The notes: generated from the sequence alone by a model not told the origin. 64,000 nt of DNA from Balanoglossus misakiensis (GCA_040954595.2 CM082587.2:5382206-5446205); one strand, 5' to 3'; shown: positions 41,600 to 56,142, numbered from the stretch's first letter. Numbers and translations: made by a program.

Positions 41600-44500
41600 T
41601 CATAAAAGGACGTTGACTGCTTCTAATGATTCCCTCACCCAGACAGGATAGTCCCCATCTGGATAAGCGATTGTCATAAAATCCCGGATAAACTGGGGAA
41701 ATCGGTCTTCAAGTATACTCTCTCGTATTGAGCGCATTAAATTCATCTGAAATAACAAAAATACACAGTACATTAAAATAAATGGGGATTCTTGAAATAA
41801 AATACATGGTTTGTGCAATCGTGCATGTACTTTGTGTGATTAAAAATAACGCATATGCACTCAGGAGTTGGAGTTTTTGACATGAGGTCAATGGATGATT
41901 GGCCAGAAATTGGGTATGAACCAGGATGCCTGCTGACAGACATGAGTCATAGTTGTTGACATAACCGGAGTCCCAGATAAGAACCAGCAGGTGGTAAAAA
42001 ACATCCGCAAAAGTTCCATGTTTTACTGCAACATGTACTTTAAACGACTCCAGAGCAAAGTTTACCACACGTTTTTGGCTTAGATGTAAAGCCCCATGAG
42101 TTGCCAATATTCGCATATTTTCTTTCCGTCGACATGAAAAATTCTTCAATCACCTGGAAAGCTATGTTATGGACTGTCAACAGGTGGCAGGCTACCGTCT
42201 CTTGATTGGCTATGGAATGGATGAACGCCCTTGTGTACGTCCGACAGGTGGAGCATTTGCACTTCTCGTCTATAGGGCTGTAGTCCCGGGAAAACTGTTT
42301 ACTCTTCAGGTGGATCTGACCGCTAAGTAAGAGAGCTGAGCCGAACCTCTGTGGAGAGAACAACAGGCATTCAGGACAGACAATGTCAACTGCCGGCTAA
42401 AAGCGTTTTAATGTCGGTGCTGGTCATTTCTTATTTTACTGATTTCGTTTTGTGTTTTCTTCGGAGGCACTCGCAAGATACGACTGGGCTGGCAACTCAC
42501 CGCGGTTCGGGTGGGAAAGACGCAGTCGAACATATCACAACCCAGAGCAGAGCATACGACCAGATCTACAGCATACCTGGAGGAAAAGACACATACGTCA
42601 TATCTGTACATGAAAAGAATATCATAACAGATCTCCTAATGCTTCAGAGGGATGGGACTAAGAACTAAGACCAAACATTTGTAGAAAAAAGACGAAGGAA
42701 CCTCTACACACACTAATATGATTAATGACCCATTTTATCCGGTCCATGGTTACAGAGTAATGGTGTACATAAAATTGGCTGCCAATCATAAATAAATGTT
42801 GATTTACACACAGATAAATTTAGCAAACTGTTTGAGCAATTTTACCAGTATGGCAGCCGACAGTGACCCATAAGATCGTGGGTTCATGCTGGGGCTTGAA
42901 CCCACGATCCTTCCATCACGATTCCAATGCTCTAACCGTTTCATTCCTGACCAACGATCAAAAGCAGAAGTTCATCCACCATTAGAATTGCAATTTTCGC
43001 ACTCACCCTACTCCCATTAGGTACCTAGGCTTTCCCTTTGGCAGTAGATCAGTCGATAAATGAACCATCCGCCAAAAATGTTCTTTCTCCTCTCCACCAC
43101 TCAGCCCTCCTATGGCATATCCCGGTGTATCCCTCTTGACCATTTCTGTTGATAAAATAAAGGATGAGTTTACTTGCAAGCTGATCTCAAACTTAAAGAC
43201 CACATCCGCTAATTTTCACTCTCCCAGATCAGTGACAAAGCTGGAAGGACAAGAAATATGATGCATTCTTGACACGATGTGTAAAATTATTCACTCACTC
43301 TCATTTGACAATTATCATCCAGAGAAATACAATATTTTTATCTTTATTGACAAGGTGCATATCATGTGACGTGAACTGAAAATGACGTGACTTTCAGTCT
43401 AAATTCCCTGATGAGAGTTAGCGCCCTCTGGAGTCGGACCTTACCTGCTGCACATATCTTCCTGAGTTCAGGTTGTAATCCTCCCTGGACGATTGGAAAG
43501 AGATTTTGTTCTGTCGGTCTCTTATGCGCAGCAATGCATCGATCTAACCACCTTATTGACCTTCGAATAAATATTGAAAGAATGTTTATACACAAAGACG
43601 AACAATATATTTGTTACTCTGAAATACATTGTCTGTTAGTTGATGTTTATTGGTAAAAAAAAACTGAGCATGTTCAGCAACATTTATTAGCCCCAAACCC
43701 CGGACTCTCCGATGATTGTTACCTGTACATTGCCTCTTCAACTCGGGGACCTGTTGTTGTACTGTGCACAACATCATCAAGCTGCATAATGATGTCAGCA
43801 CCAATACTGTTTTGTATTTCGGTGGATTTCTCCGGGGTCAGCATCATCTCAGATTCGTCGTGGGGTGACTGGAACTTGACGCCTTCCTCGGTAATTTCAG
43901 CCAGTTTCAGTAAAGACACCATTTGGAAACCACCACTGTCCTGCAATTATGAATCCAATGTTACAGCTTCAAGAGAATTGCTATAAACTCTGCCCTAAAC
44001 TCTTCACAAATTCCACAAAAAATCTGTGTTTATTATCTGATATTTTTACCATACATGTTACTCTTTGAACTACAAAAATACTCCTAATATCACAGAACTA
44101 AATAAATGGTGTGATGCATACAATGTATTGTTTGTTATAAACGTTTAGTAGGGCGGCAGATAAACTACGAGTGGTTGATATTGTTTCTCCGTCGCTACAA
44201 TACTCACAGTCAAGAGAGCTCTGTCCCAGTTCATGAACTTGTGCAAACCACCAGCCTTCTCCAGCAAGTCAGGTCCCTATAATGTTGACAAACGAATGCG
44301 AAGACAATTAATAACCTGTTCAGTGTTCAGAGTTGGGGATTTTGATGACGTGTTTAGGTGGAAGTGAAAAAGGCCAGTAAACAAGAAGGTTAACTCATCT
44401 ATGATCATGAGGCTACTAAAACGTCGGTGTCTGATCACACGTACGTACCGGTCTCGATCCAAGGTGGTACGTATTTCCAAGAATAATCTGACAATCTAGA

Positions 44501-44679
44501 TCTTCCAGCTGTTTTGTGGTCATTCCCTTCATGGTCCCCTGCGTCCCAACTGGCATAAATACCGGTGTATCTACTGTGTGATGGGGAAGTTTTAGCTTGC
44601 ATGTCCTGGCTTTCGTTGTAGAGCACTCTGCAAGTATTTTCAAACTGAGAGCATGTGTACTTTTGTTGGCGGCCGCCAT
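41600..44679 (-). CDS. QTRT1: Queuine tRNA-ribosyltransferase catalytic subunit 1
   Basis: [82 protein letters not shown] and the zinc site CKCSTC...H, across GT-AG introns. Confidence 0.98.
42874..42942 (-). repeat. Degenerate tRNA-derived (SINE-like) fragment in a QTRT1 intron
   Basis: Minus strand reads GGTTAGAGCATTGG...GATCGTGGGTTCAAGCCCC (A-box and B-box-like). 13-bp inverted repeat at 42874-42886 and 42897-42909. Anticodon and acceptor stems do not close. Confidence 0.45.
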
Positions 44680-45000
44680 CTTTGTGAACTCTGACCCTCA
44701 TAAGGCGAACCCTGACCCCAAGCTACAAGGTCATTAGAATTTAGTAAAGTATCAGTGACTAACATTCAACATTTTACAGAAAGAAAACGATGCACGTTGT
44801 TATCAAGGCAAGTTTGATAACTATAGTAGTATGAAAAGTAACAAAACATGTGTTTTGCAACGCCAACGCTGATTACATTCGAATTTGAATCCAATTCGGA
44901 TTATTGTATAAGTGAATCCCTTGGCCAAAAATGCACATTCGGGATCCGACAGCAATATGATTCTGATGCTAACTCATTGCTGCAGCCCAGAGCTTGCAAA

Positions 45001-48000
45001 ATGGCGTCCTGTCTGGAGACAGGTTGGGACGATTCGCAGTGGGACAAGTCGAGCCAGGGAGTCGTTTGGAAGCCTGTGTCTTTAACACACGTCGAGTATC
45101 CTGCAGGTATGTTGCCTATGCCCAAATTCCTTCTGTTCTGCTCCAGATTCCCCGGTGAGGTGCTGTTTTGCAAAGCAGTTTTGCCTGCTGGTGGCCAGCA
45201 CTCCCATCTCTGTGTGAGTGGGCTGGTTTGCGGGACGTATCGACCGAATGAATGGCGAAACATTAAACAGATAGTGCGGATCGAATGCCGATCGACGCCG
45301 CGTCAACTCATGTACCAGATCTGTTTTCTCTGACATGTTCGTCACAGTTTTATCACAGCTGTCGTTTAAAGTTTATAGTTTCTTTTTTCTCATTGCACGC
45401 TTGTTAGTTTCCTCAGCCTGTTAATAGATGAGAAAAGACCAGCATACGGTCCCAAAGCTGGCTACGCCCATTTCTGGTCCAGTCACACACAATACCTCAT
45501 GTTGAGTGTTGATGACTCAAAATGCACTACAGTACACATTATAACATTACCAGATTTTGTTTTCAAACCTTATTCCAATCGTAAATCATAGCAGATCAGA
45601 TTGCAACAGTGTGGTATTACATCATACAGAAAAGTTAAAGTCCCAATGAATTACTAGACAAACAGCTGATCTGAAATCATGCTGTATTAACCCACTGAAC
45701 GTCTTATCGCCCATGTGACCCTGAGGTCATTCCTATCTAAATTCTAGTATGCTGATTTCAATAAAACCAGAGAATGCAGGTCACTGAATCAGTGAAATAA
45801 CTGGCTAGAATGTACTCGTACTGATTAGTGAGAAACTTAGATTCAGTGTTATAGTGGCAACCACTATTGGGAGATAACAATGCTACCTGTCAATCATCTG
45901 AAGTGACTGAGGGTCACAAATCTAGGTTGTTCATATCACCCTTGCTGCTCAACTTGTCCATTACTGATTGGGCGCATGCTAAACTCATTTAGACTGATCC
46001 TGGTGCTAGCCTAGATCCAAATTAGGGTCGTCTCAAGACACACATATAACCTACAGTGTGGGGACTGTATGGGCAGTATTAGTCCCTTCTGCCTCCATTT
46101 CTCTGTACAGTGTATAGAGGTCCAGCACTAAAATATGGACCAAACCATGGTAGTGGAAGGGTTGATTTTATGAGAGAGAGAAAGACCCCAGATGGCTAGA
46201 CTTGCATTAACCTGTTAATAGCTTGTGGCGCAGGGAGATGAGTTGACCTATGACCCACAGTATCTTGTTATTTCCCGCTGAAGACTAAAATCCACACAAG
46301 TAGTCTGTGGTAAAAATCATTCAATGAATTTTAAGAGAAAAAAGTTGCCAACAGGATAATCATTGACATGCATTTTTTTTAACGTTTTCTCTGTAGGTGA
46401 TTTTTTGGGGAAGATCTTTGCTTGGTTCAGTCTTATTCCAGTATTTCTGCTGATCTCATTCGCCACTCTTATTGCCTTTAGGAGAGAATTACACACAGTA
46501 AGTTTTTCCCCCAATCCAGTGTATTGCTATTTATGTTACCAGTTTAAGTGATCGCAAAATGGCTTGTGCGATAATTGAAGCCATATATGTACCAGGCAGG
46601 GTTGAAATTTGGGAACATTCACGCCATGTCACACACGCCAGCATAGACATTGACGATACAAGTACCACATTAGGCAGTCTGGCTGCAGGGCGGCAGCTAG
46701 AACTCAGACAAATGGTGTTTTGACGGTAAATCCTTTCAACGCTGTACTCTGACATGATCCGCTTGTTTTGCACCAGGTGGGCGGACAAACAAACAGGAAG
46801 CGGGAATGAAAGGGGTCTTGAAAGGCTTGCTCTTTCTTCACTAAATAATGTAGACAGGCCCATTTTTTGTGTGTTCAACAGTTACGCTTCGTGGACAATA
46901 TATTACGTTCGTTGCTGATGAATTGATTGTGAACTGCCTGCATGGACGCTCTTGTTGCAAAACATCGCAGGGTGGTGTTGTAGTACAGTGCATAATCATG
47001 ATGCGATTGCATTATTTGGTTGACTAAAAACGCCAATCTTTTCATCATTTTCAGATTACATATTTCACTGGACTGATTCTCAGTGAATTGGTCAATTGGG
47101 TGCTTAAAAATATTATCCGACAACCCAGGCCGTGTCGAGGTATTTATCGAGGTGGCATTTTTGATTTTCTTTCTCATGATGAGCTGTAGATATATACATG
47201 TATATATACAGAACCCAAATAACCCTATATAGTGTTTTGCCAGTATTGAAATTACGACAAAATAACCGAAAGATGGTGTACTTCATTGCAGGCCATGATG
47301 TGGTGTTTTCAGAGTATGGTATGCCATCAAGTCATTCCCAGTTTATGTGGTTTTTTGCTGTTTATCTTGTTTTATTTGTATATATAAGGTAAGCCATGAT
47401 TAGGTGCTGACGTCATGCATATTTGCATGAGTCCTGAAACTGTCAATAAGACCACACCTTCCATGCATCTTTCTGACTTATATTAAACAAGAAAACACGT
47501 TTTTGTCCATTTACAAAAAAATATGATATCTAAAAATGGAAAACTGGGTCACTCCAGTAAACAAGTAATTGTCTGTGACACTTTTATTTCCCTTATTACA
47601 GAATTCAATACACATCCAGTAGTTCAAGTAGCATTATTGACTTTGCTTGGAAACATGTGGTGTCCATCGGAGCATTAGTGGTAGCTTCTATAGTCTGTTA
47701 CAGCAGGTGAGGTGTCGACTTCTCTAGAAATACCGAAATCACGCTTATATTGTTTCATCCAACCAGGACTGCCAAATGTTGAAATGCAATGTCAGAAGTC
47801 ACAGTTGCCTCGCGGTAACCTATGTGTATGCCATAAAGTGCCAGGCTTGAAGCTCGGTATTCATATTTAAAATACATTGAAAGTGTGTGTAACAAGGGCA
47901 GAGTAGCTCAGTGGCAGAATACAGCCACCAATGAATTGCACGCTACAGACTGACACTAAAATGTCTGTGCGGAAACAAAACCATAGAAGCAGTTTGACCT

Positions 48001-48699
48001 TTGTGGCCTAGGGTCATAGACTGAAACTCCACTGTGACTGAGAGGTCAACCGCTCTTTCTTTGCAGAGTGTACCTGCATTATCATACAAGTCAACAAGTG
48101 TTCATGGGTGCAGCTGTGGGAGCCGTCTTGGCCATACCATGGTTTATTTTTACACAGGTTGGTGTCCCATATTTTAGAGACCTCACATTTGGTCATAGCG
48201 CTTGAGATGAGAATGTAGCTGTGCTTGATGTACCAGTATAAAGATGGCGAAAGAGATGGTCTTGTCATGCACGGGACCCATTCCTTATTTGCTGACAATT
48301 TGCATACTCTCCACAGTGCAGTCACTGATTGGTAGAAAGTGGTCAGCTGTCATGCAGTGTTGATGCGTATTTCTACGTGTATTTAAAATTTCGGACTACA
48401 ACATCTTAAACAAACAGCGTTTCACTTTCTTTTCAGTTGGTGCTCACTCCATTGTTTCCAGTGGTAGCGTCGTGGCCCATATCTGAAAGACTTATGCTGA
48501 GGGATTCCACTCTCATTCCTAACGTTCTGTGGTTTGAATACGCATCGGCAAGAGCTGAAGCAAGGTGAGTGGCTGGTCAATGTTTAAATATTGTCCTCTG
48601 TGTGAGGTCACACATCCTGGCAATCCCCGTTTTCAATGTTCATTTCCATGACCTTTACTCTTTGTTTCCTTCAGAGCCAGACAGAGAAAGTTGCAGTGA
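45001..48699 (+). CDS. DOLPP1: Dolichyldiphosphatase 1
   Basis: [54 protein letters not shown] and [14 protein letters not shown]...AEAR (PAP2 motifs) across GT-AG introns. Stop TGA at 48697-48699. Confidence 0.97.
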
Positions 48700-51600
48700 T
48701 TGCAGCCAACTGTGGAAGACCAGAGCAGTGGAGGTCCAGGACTGAGGAAAGGTCTGACTTTAAGAAGAAGCGAAATAAATTGAAAGTGAAATTTGTCTTG
48801 AGAAGATTTTCGACACATCACCCTTGTGATGTGGGTGAGCAATACAGAGACTTTTAAAAGTGGTGCAATTTTTTTCTTAAATCGACTGTTCTTGACAATC
48901 ATTGTCATTTGTGAAAGTCAACAAATTGTCAGAGATTTTCTGTTGAGTTGGTAGTCTTTGGTGGTGTGAATCATTGCCTGTGTAATAGGTCAGGGTTTGC
49001 GAGTGTTTTAGTATAAAGGAAGTATGAAGGGATTTTTCGAGGGTTGATATGAGGCTGATTGGCTCGTTTAGAAATTTAGGCTGATTTGTAATTTGACACA
49101 TTAGTAGACCAGGTTTTGAACCGAGGGGGTTGTTTATTAGCTGTCTGTTGTGTGCTAAGGGCAAGTGGGGGAAGTTGTGAACAGCGCCCCCAAGTGAAGG
49201 ACGGAAACAATCCTCAGGTGACCAATTTTTTTTTTCTTTCTTTCTAAAATATGCGGTCGACGTTTTCGGTCAATAACACTAATTAGGGCCTCTTCTTTAA
49301 ATGTTGTGTTCATTCGTGATATCATGTTGTAAATTAAGAATAAACTAACATCCAGGAAATTGTTGATTATTATTGATGTACACAGATGACTTGTGATTAA
49401 CTTGTCTCATCAACTGATTCAGAAAAGTTGACGTTACGTTTGATTTTTGGGAAATAATTCCCGGAGAGATTTTGATGTCTTGTGCTTACAGGAAATTGTT
49501 TATGTCCCGTGTGTGATTAGTGAGAATTTATTTCATGTGCAGTATTTTAATTTGAGGGACTGTGCTCCTCTTTAATTTAACATTTGAGTGTCTTGTGCTT
49601 ATTTTCCGATTTTTGTAAGCCTTCACAATAGCCATTAAACTAATTGTACGTTTTTATACTTGATATTGCAAGAGCACTAGCCCTCATGTACAAATTCATT
49701 TCATTCTTAAGATAGTATGTGCCTCGAAAATCAAGTCTTAAACTTTTTCTCATATTTTGCTCAAAACAACTTTAGATTAATGTCTTTTAAAATTGAGAAT
49801 AAAAAGTGGGAGTCATCGTGCAAAATTTTGAGTGAGAGAGTAAAGTTGTTCCAAATTTGAAATTCAAAATGGCCGCCAATCCCTGTGTTAACTGCCTGTA
49901 GTGATTATTATGGAAACAAAATGGTGAACACCATCTCTGGTTTTCTAAGCAGAGCCTGGAAGTGTTACTGGCTTGTACTGTGTGATACTTAAAAACACCC
50001 ACTTTTTGTTATTAAGGTGAAGAAATAATCAGAAATACTCGAAAAATGTGATGTGGTTGACACAATTTACATTGAAACACCTGACCTTTTTAGATTTCGG
50101 TACCAGGAGAAAATAAGTCTTACTGAAATAAACTTTGATGTTTTGATACAAGTTCTATATTCTGTAATTAATTTCGTCTGTTAGTCCATTTTAGTGGCAT
50201 GTCGTTCACTCAGTTGGTATGTTCGACTTCGAAAAATATCATCTACAAGGACCAGTCATAACTGATGGTGAAGTTCTTCACTTTGTGTGGTGGTCCTGTG
50301 CATTGAAACCACCCAAACGTAGGAGCTTTGGATTTTTAAAAAAGATACAGTTATCAATATCAACTTTGCGAGTAAAAAAGGAGAGAGAATTGAATTTTGA
50401 AAGGAATAGACTAATATTGAGAGATATTCATTTTCGTTTTTCTCTTCTTTGGAGATATAGTTTATGATTTGGTATTTGAAAATGGTGAGCATATGTTTCA
50501 TTTTTATAGTTGGTGTAATAATTGGGGAAAAGTCTAATGGAATTATCATTTTTTATATATTTTTACAAGTTATATTTAGGTGGTCAAGAGAAAGGGCAGT
50601 TTTGGTATAGAAATCAAGAGATTGAAATTTCTAAAGTGTAACAGATGTTTCGTGTTTTACAAATTTGACAAGCAATGCACATGATGTTACTAAACCTGTA
50701 ACAGAGGAAGCTGTTGATGTCTTTTGTGTGCTGAGTGTGTTTTACAGTAGAACTAAGATTCAGCGTTTCTCAAGAAGTCTTACAGCTTTACATGATCTAT
50801 GCAGAATCCGTTTCAGCTTTTTTATTTTTTCGCTCATGATGTAACACTACGAAAATTGAAAAATTGAAATAAGATGGATGCCAACTCGTAATTTGTGCCG
50901 TAATTTAAACTTCATGTTTTGCTTCGATTTGCCAGTCAATTGTCGGAGGATTCTGTGACATGTGGATCGATCATTTCTGAATTCCTCTATTGGCAAAGTC
51001 AAGCATGAAAATTTGAAGTGGGAAAGACAAACATGATGAAATACCACCAAAGACAATAAGTGGTTTTCTCTTAAAATATAAAACCATGAGTGAGCTGTTC
51101 CTACATGTTTCTTTACTTTTGTTTTCAGCATCTCGCAAGCAAGTCTAAGAATTGTATATTTTGGTCATCATGTTCCCATGTCATCATTACTGAAAGTGGT
51201 GCAAATGACAAACACATACCACTGCTTGAATTATTTTTTTGAGAAAAAAAATCATGAATTTTCACACTATTGTCATGATTATTATTTTTTTTAAACACAT
51301 GGACAATTCTACCACATTTATCTTATATCGTTTTTATGAGAAATGTAAATGTGAGAATTGTAAGAATTTGGCTGTTATACACTGAAATACGTTAAACTGA
51401 TGTTTGACTGAGGTATGTACATTTACAACAGAGGTATACAGTGGTCTTCTTTTTCTCTCTTTCTGGTGGGTACTTTGTGTACCTGAAATGTTGCATCATC
51501 AGATACCATTCAACTAATATGTTTTGTTTACTTCAGAAATGTCACGACATCGCTCAACCATTGCCCCATGTGATAAATAAAAATCATGTACATCTGAAGA

Positions 51601-51822
51601 AATCGGCTTGGCAATCAATTTTCAGGCTCACTTGGTAACCTTGTCTACATTTGCATAATTTAAGTCGTAATGACGCTAGCATCTCTAATTATTACTTTAG
51701 GATTATTTTGTCTCAGTGCTGCATTAAACACCTTTTGTTTCTCTTAGAAAAAGTTTCTTTTGGAAAATATGAATGTAATATCATTCACGCCCTGGGCCAA
51801 GTTTCAATGCGATCCATTTCCT

Positions 51823-54142
51823 TCAATGTTCCAAAATGTCAGTTAAGAAAGCGTTCAACACGTACTGGTAGAAAGCGCGATCAATTTGATACAAATCAGA
51901 CTCGGCACTTGTTTTCTCGACATCTTCGTCGAAAAGTGACAGTAGCAAGCTGACGTCAAGATCATCTGAATCGTCGGAGTCTGTTGACTGTCCGTCATCG
52001 GCGGTACTTTCTGCTCTGTTAGCGAGAAACCTTGCGACAAGTTCATCGCCATGGAGGTCAGACGATGTACTTTGACGGCTGCCATCTTCATCGTGTGTCT
52101 TGGCAGATGCGGAAGCTGAATCGGTGTCTCCTGGTGGCATTTGGTGCACGTCGGCATGGTGACCATGGGGAGGATCAGAATTCAGGTCGAGTTTACCGCC
52201 ACGCTGGGCGTTTTCCCGTTCTCGTTCCAACTCCATTGCCCTGAGATCATTGAACACGTCAAACGCCAAGTTCAGCGACCGATTTGCCGCCACAACCGCC
52301 GAGAGAAAACTCACGGTATCCTTTTCAATGGCTTCGGGATGTTCTCGTAGGGGTAAACGTTGCAGTAGGAAATCGCGATAATTCTCAAAATCCACCAGAA
52401 AAACATTGTTGAGAATGCCTTTCTTCACTGGAACAAAATAAAAGTTAATCATATATTAAACTGTGTGGGCAGATCGATGGATGGAAATAATTAAATTTCC
52501 TAAGAGTGATCAACAAGAAACAAAATCAACAATTAAAAGAAACGACAATACTTTCAATTTTGACGAACGTACATCCTTAAAAAAAGAAATCGATCAAATC
52601 AAAATAATGTAGATACTCACCCAAACCAAATGCATGTTTTCTAAAATCTGACGCGCCATGTCCTAGGTTTTCCTTGATGAAGTCAGACATAATCCTTCTA
52701 AATTTACTCAGTACAACTGCGGGTGTGTACAGGACCTTTCCATCACGGTCACTGGTGAAGGAAGCCTCACAGACCCTCCACCGTGCCTTCCAGGAACTAA
52801 CGCGTAGCTGATTGGTAGTACGCAGGCGTGAACTCCAAGGATCCAGACGACCTATAGCAGGATTTCCATACCACAGCGTCGGTTTCAGTATCACTTGCAG
52901 TAACTGGTCTTGGGTGGAAATAATTTCTTCATCACTGAGGCCTTCGAAGAGATTATTTTCCGGGATGAAATAATGAGGACAGTATTTCTCACTCAGGCAC
53001 CGATTCAGTCTCTGCAGGATGTCAACCACCCGGTAGGGAACAGTTACACTGGTCCATTGATTTCGAGGAATCTCTTCCAGCATCCAGAGGAAAATGTTCT
53101 TCAGGTGGTACGACTGAACCCCCTTCTGAGAAGTGTGCTTCAGGTACTTTCTGTAGACGAGTTTGGCAAACACGTAGGTATCTTTCTGTATCAGCGTGAT
53201 GTCTTTCGCCAGGGCCCGTTCCGCCATGCTGAACGACAGTCGCCACTCGAGAGCAGTTGCACTGTCTTCGGGGGGTTTAGGAACGACGGCGCAGCCTACT
53301 TTGAGTACTTCCCTCACAAGACTACTCGACGGCCACCCGCTGTTGCGACGCCGCGACAACCAGCCAGCGGCCTTGGGTGGCCACTCCTGACAGGGTAGCG
53401 CAATAGCCATATCGAATATGAAATGGTGGCCATTATCTGCGAGAGCTGTCAGGTGCACGGCAGGGCCTTCAGAGCCAACCTGGAAGAGATAATCGCCTTC
53501 CGGGTCGTTTCCGTACATCTGTGGACCAGCGGACAGAATCCAATTCTGGAGTGTGGTTATGTACTCAATCATGGTGTACAGCTCCTTCACCACGTGCTTA
53601 GGACTAAGATAAGTGGCTGTCTCGTCCGGAGACGTGCCCATCATGATGATGCACGCACTTAACAATCTATCGATGCAGGTCTTGCCGGTTACTTTCAATA
53701 ACACGTACCCAGGATGCTCCATGCTATAACTCATGTGTATGGCACCTGTAGGACCAACATTATCGCCTGACACGTTAGCTGCAAAGGGATAGTCACATCC
53801 CTCCTGCACTGGCAGATCGTCGCAGATTAAGTTGATGTCATATTCTTCCCCTATTGAGCTGCCAGTGGTTTCTACGAATGAAAATCCTTCACTGTTGCTC
53901 CCGACTGGTTCAACTCTCATCTGGTCAAGTTCGAACATAAACTCCATGTTCGGAAGCATGTCGGTGTAGGCCCATGGATCTTGAATCAGAAAGTTGTGAA
54001 AGTTTTGGCGAATATCGTCAATTTCCTCGTCAAAGCCATCGTCTGGGACTTCATAGTGCGTCTCGCGTTCCTCTTCCTTGAATCCCAAGAAGGAGTTGTA
54101 CCATCTGGGTAATTCACCGTGACAGTGCATGTTGTAATCCAT
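51823..54142 (-). CDS. cGAS-like receptor / Mab-21-domain nucleotidyltransferase
   Basis: Exon 54142-52621 (TTG G|GTGAGT) splices in frame to 52427-51823. NTase motif VGSNSEG...EYDINL and third acidic FDMAIAL. Mab-21 motifs EWP, CAVVPK, EWRLSFSMAE, SYHLKNIFLW and CPHYFIPENNLF. Confidence 0.92.
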
Positions 54143-56142
54143 ATTTTGGACTACCAGGAAGAGAAAGGAAGGAGGGAATATTAAGTAGAGATGGTATAGT
54201 GAGGAGATATATACCTGGTTCACACAGGGAAATATTTGATACACTATTTGCCTATGGTAAACACAGAGCGTGTTTTGCGTTTGAATTTATAAAGTGTGTC
54301 CCAAATGACAATGGCAATGCAACGAGAATTGGCGTTGGACAATGTATGTATCCCACATAAGAGCTGGGGTCTCATGGGTTATGTACAGGTAGCATAACGT
54401 TGGCTCTTATTAATTGTCACATGGGTTTGGGAATCAGCATATACCTTTCTTGGCAACGAAATTATCAACATGTGTGATACATGGAAGACATGTATCCTCC
54501 TTCTTAGTCGAATTAAAGGGTTTATTTTGATCAGTTGATTTACCCCTACTCCAACATTTCAAAACGCATGGTAAACTCTTATCGGCTGTGGAATCGTTTG
54601 ATGTTCAAAATGTCTAGCAAACTACGACAAAAATGTAATCCGAAATATCAACAGTTTTGTAACTGTGTCAGCACTTTTGATGCGGGTCACGTGACGTGAC
54701 TTGAGACGCGTCAGAGCGAAGTTTTCGCTGCTGATTGGTTGGAGCCACCTGGACCACCTCCACTTGGAAATTTCCGTCTAGCCTTCCGTGCATTTTCAAA
54801 AGTGTCGGCCATGCTGCTGGACGTATCCTGCGAAGATGCGGAAAACTCTGCCCCCAAAACAGAGTTTCTCCGCTGGATAGTTTTCATGACAACAGTGGTA
54901 AGTAAAGTAACAGAAGTATAGTCACAGTTACTCAATTTTTGACCAGAAACATGGGTTATTTTGTGGCGAGTTACGAGCAACTAAAAGCCAGACGTTTACA
55001 CCACAGAATTGAAAAATTGGATGCGTCACAGTCAGACCGCACGAGTCAACGCTTCCCTGCGTTTTAATTCACAAATTCCACCATTTCGCGTTACTCAACT
55101 TGAGATGTACGGTTTATCAAATTAAGACAAGTCGGTGTTACAGCTCTACTGGTGGGCGGCAGTTTTTTTTTACATAAAACAAGGTAGTTTTTCGGGAAAG
55201 GGGAAGGGGCTACGATGAATTGGTAGCGGGTTCGATGAATTGACAGCGGGTTCACGTGTAGTCGGCGTGTTTTCGAGTGTGAGCAAATTTTGTATGATAC
55301 TACCAGACAATGGCAAATATAAGCTTCCGAAACGCTTCGTTGGGAACATTTATTTTTGTGTGTCCATGCAGTCTTTGCCAAAAATATTTTTTTTTCAGTT
55401 TAAAATGTTTCGCGTGGATATAAGCTTAATGAAAATATGTAAATGTGCGTAGTACCATGCTGGGGTTTCGGCTACTTGTCTGTCAGCGAAGCCCTGAAAC
55501 ATGTATTGTCGTCGTGTAAGATGTACAATACTGTGAATGGACAACAGTTTAGCGTGCACGGTTGATATTTGGTTTCGTGTTCATGGATAAGGCATTCAAT
55601 TTGTTTCCTTATTTTGCAGATGGAAGGCTCAGATGAACTGATACTGTACGTTCCACGCGGATGCTATGATGTTGTACAAGCATGATGTCAGAGTAAGCGG
55701 TATTAGCCAAATTTTGGGCAATTTTTAAGATTTTTCAACGATTCTGACTGGTGCCGGTAGCCAGTTCAGCAAACCGATTTTGCACAAATCTGAAGAATGC
55801 AACAATACGGATGCCATATGTGGATGTCATTACAGTTTTGAAACCAACATGACTACATGCTCGGTGCATGGGTCATTTTTGTTACGGCACCAACAAGTTC
55901 ATCGGCTTTGAATGCTTCGAAAGGTGCTCGTTGTTGTAAGTGTGTGTGTGCATGCATGTGTGTGTCACGGTAAGTTGTACGGTATATTTGGGCCATGCAA
56001 CTAGCCTACAATGAGGTGAGCGTTTGTATGTTCCATGGCTGAATGAAGACCAGTGGATGGTATGAAGTTTCATAACAAGTAAGTTATATAGACATAAATA
56101 AAATCCCCGGTGCGGGTGGGTCCCATCCCTCAGACAGTCGGT

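Noticed and set aside
48877-50800. Possible decayed retroelement (Penelope/LINE-like) fragments and an interspersed repeat near 49707-50050
   Set aside because: Only vague compositional resemblance; no RT or endonuclease motif can be read, so it is not called.
54711-54980. ORF ending MADTFENARKARRKFPSGGGPGG as a possible cGLR first coding exon
   Set aside because: It ends in a stop, and I found no convincing donor to join it to the acceptor near 54151.
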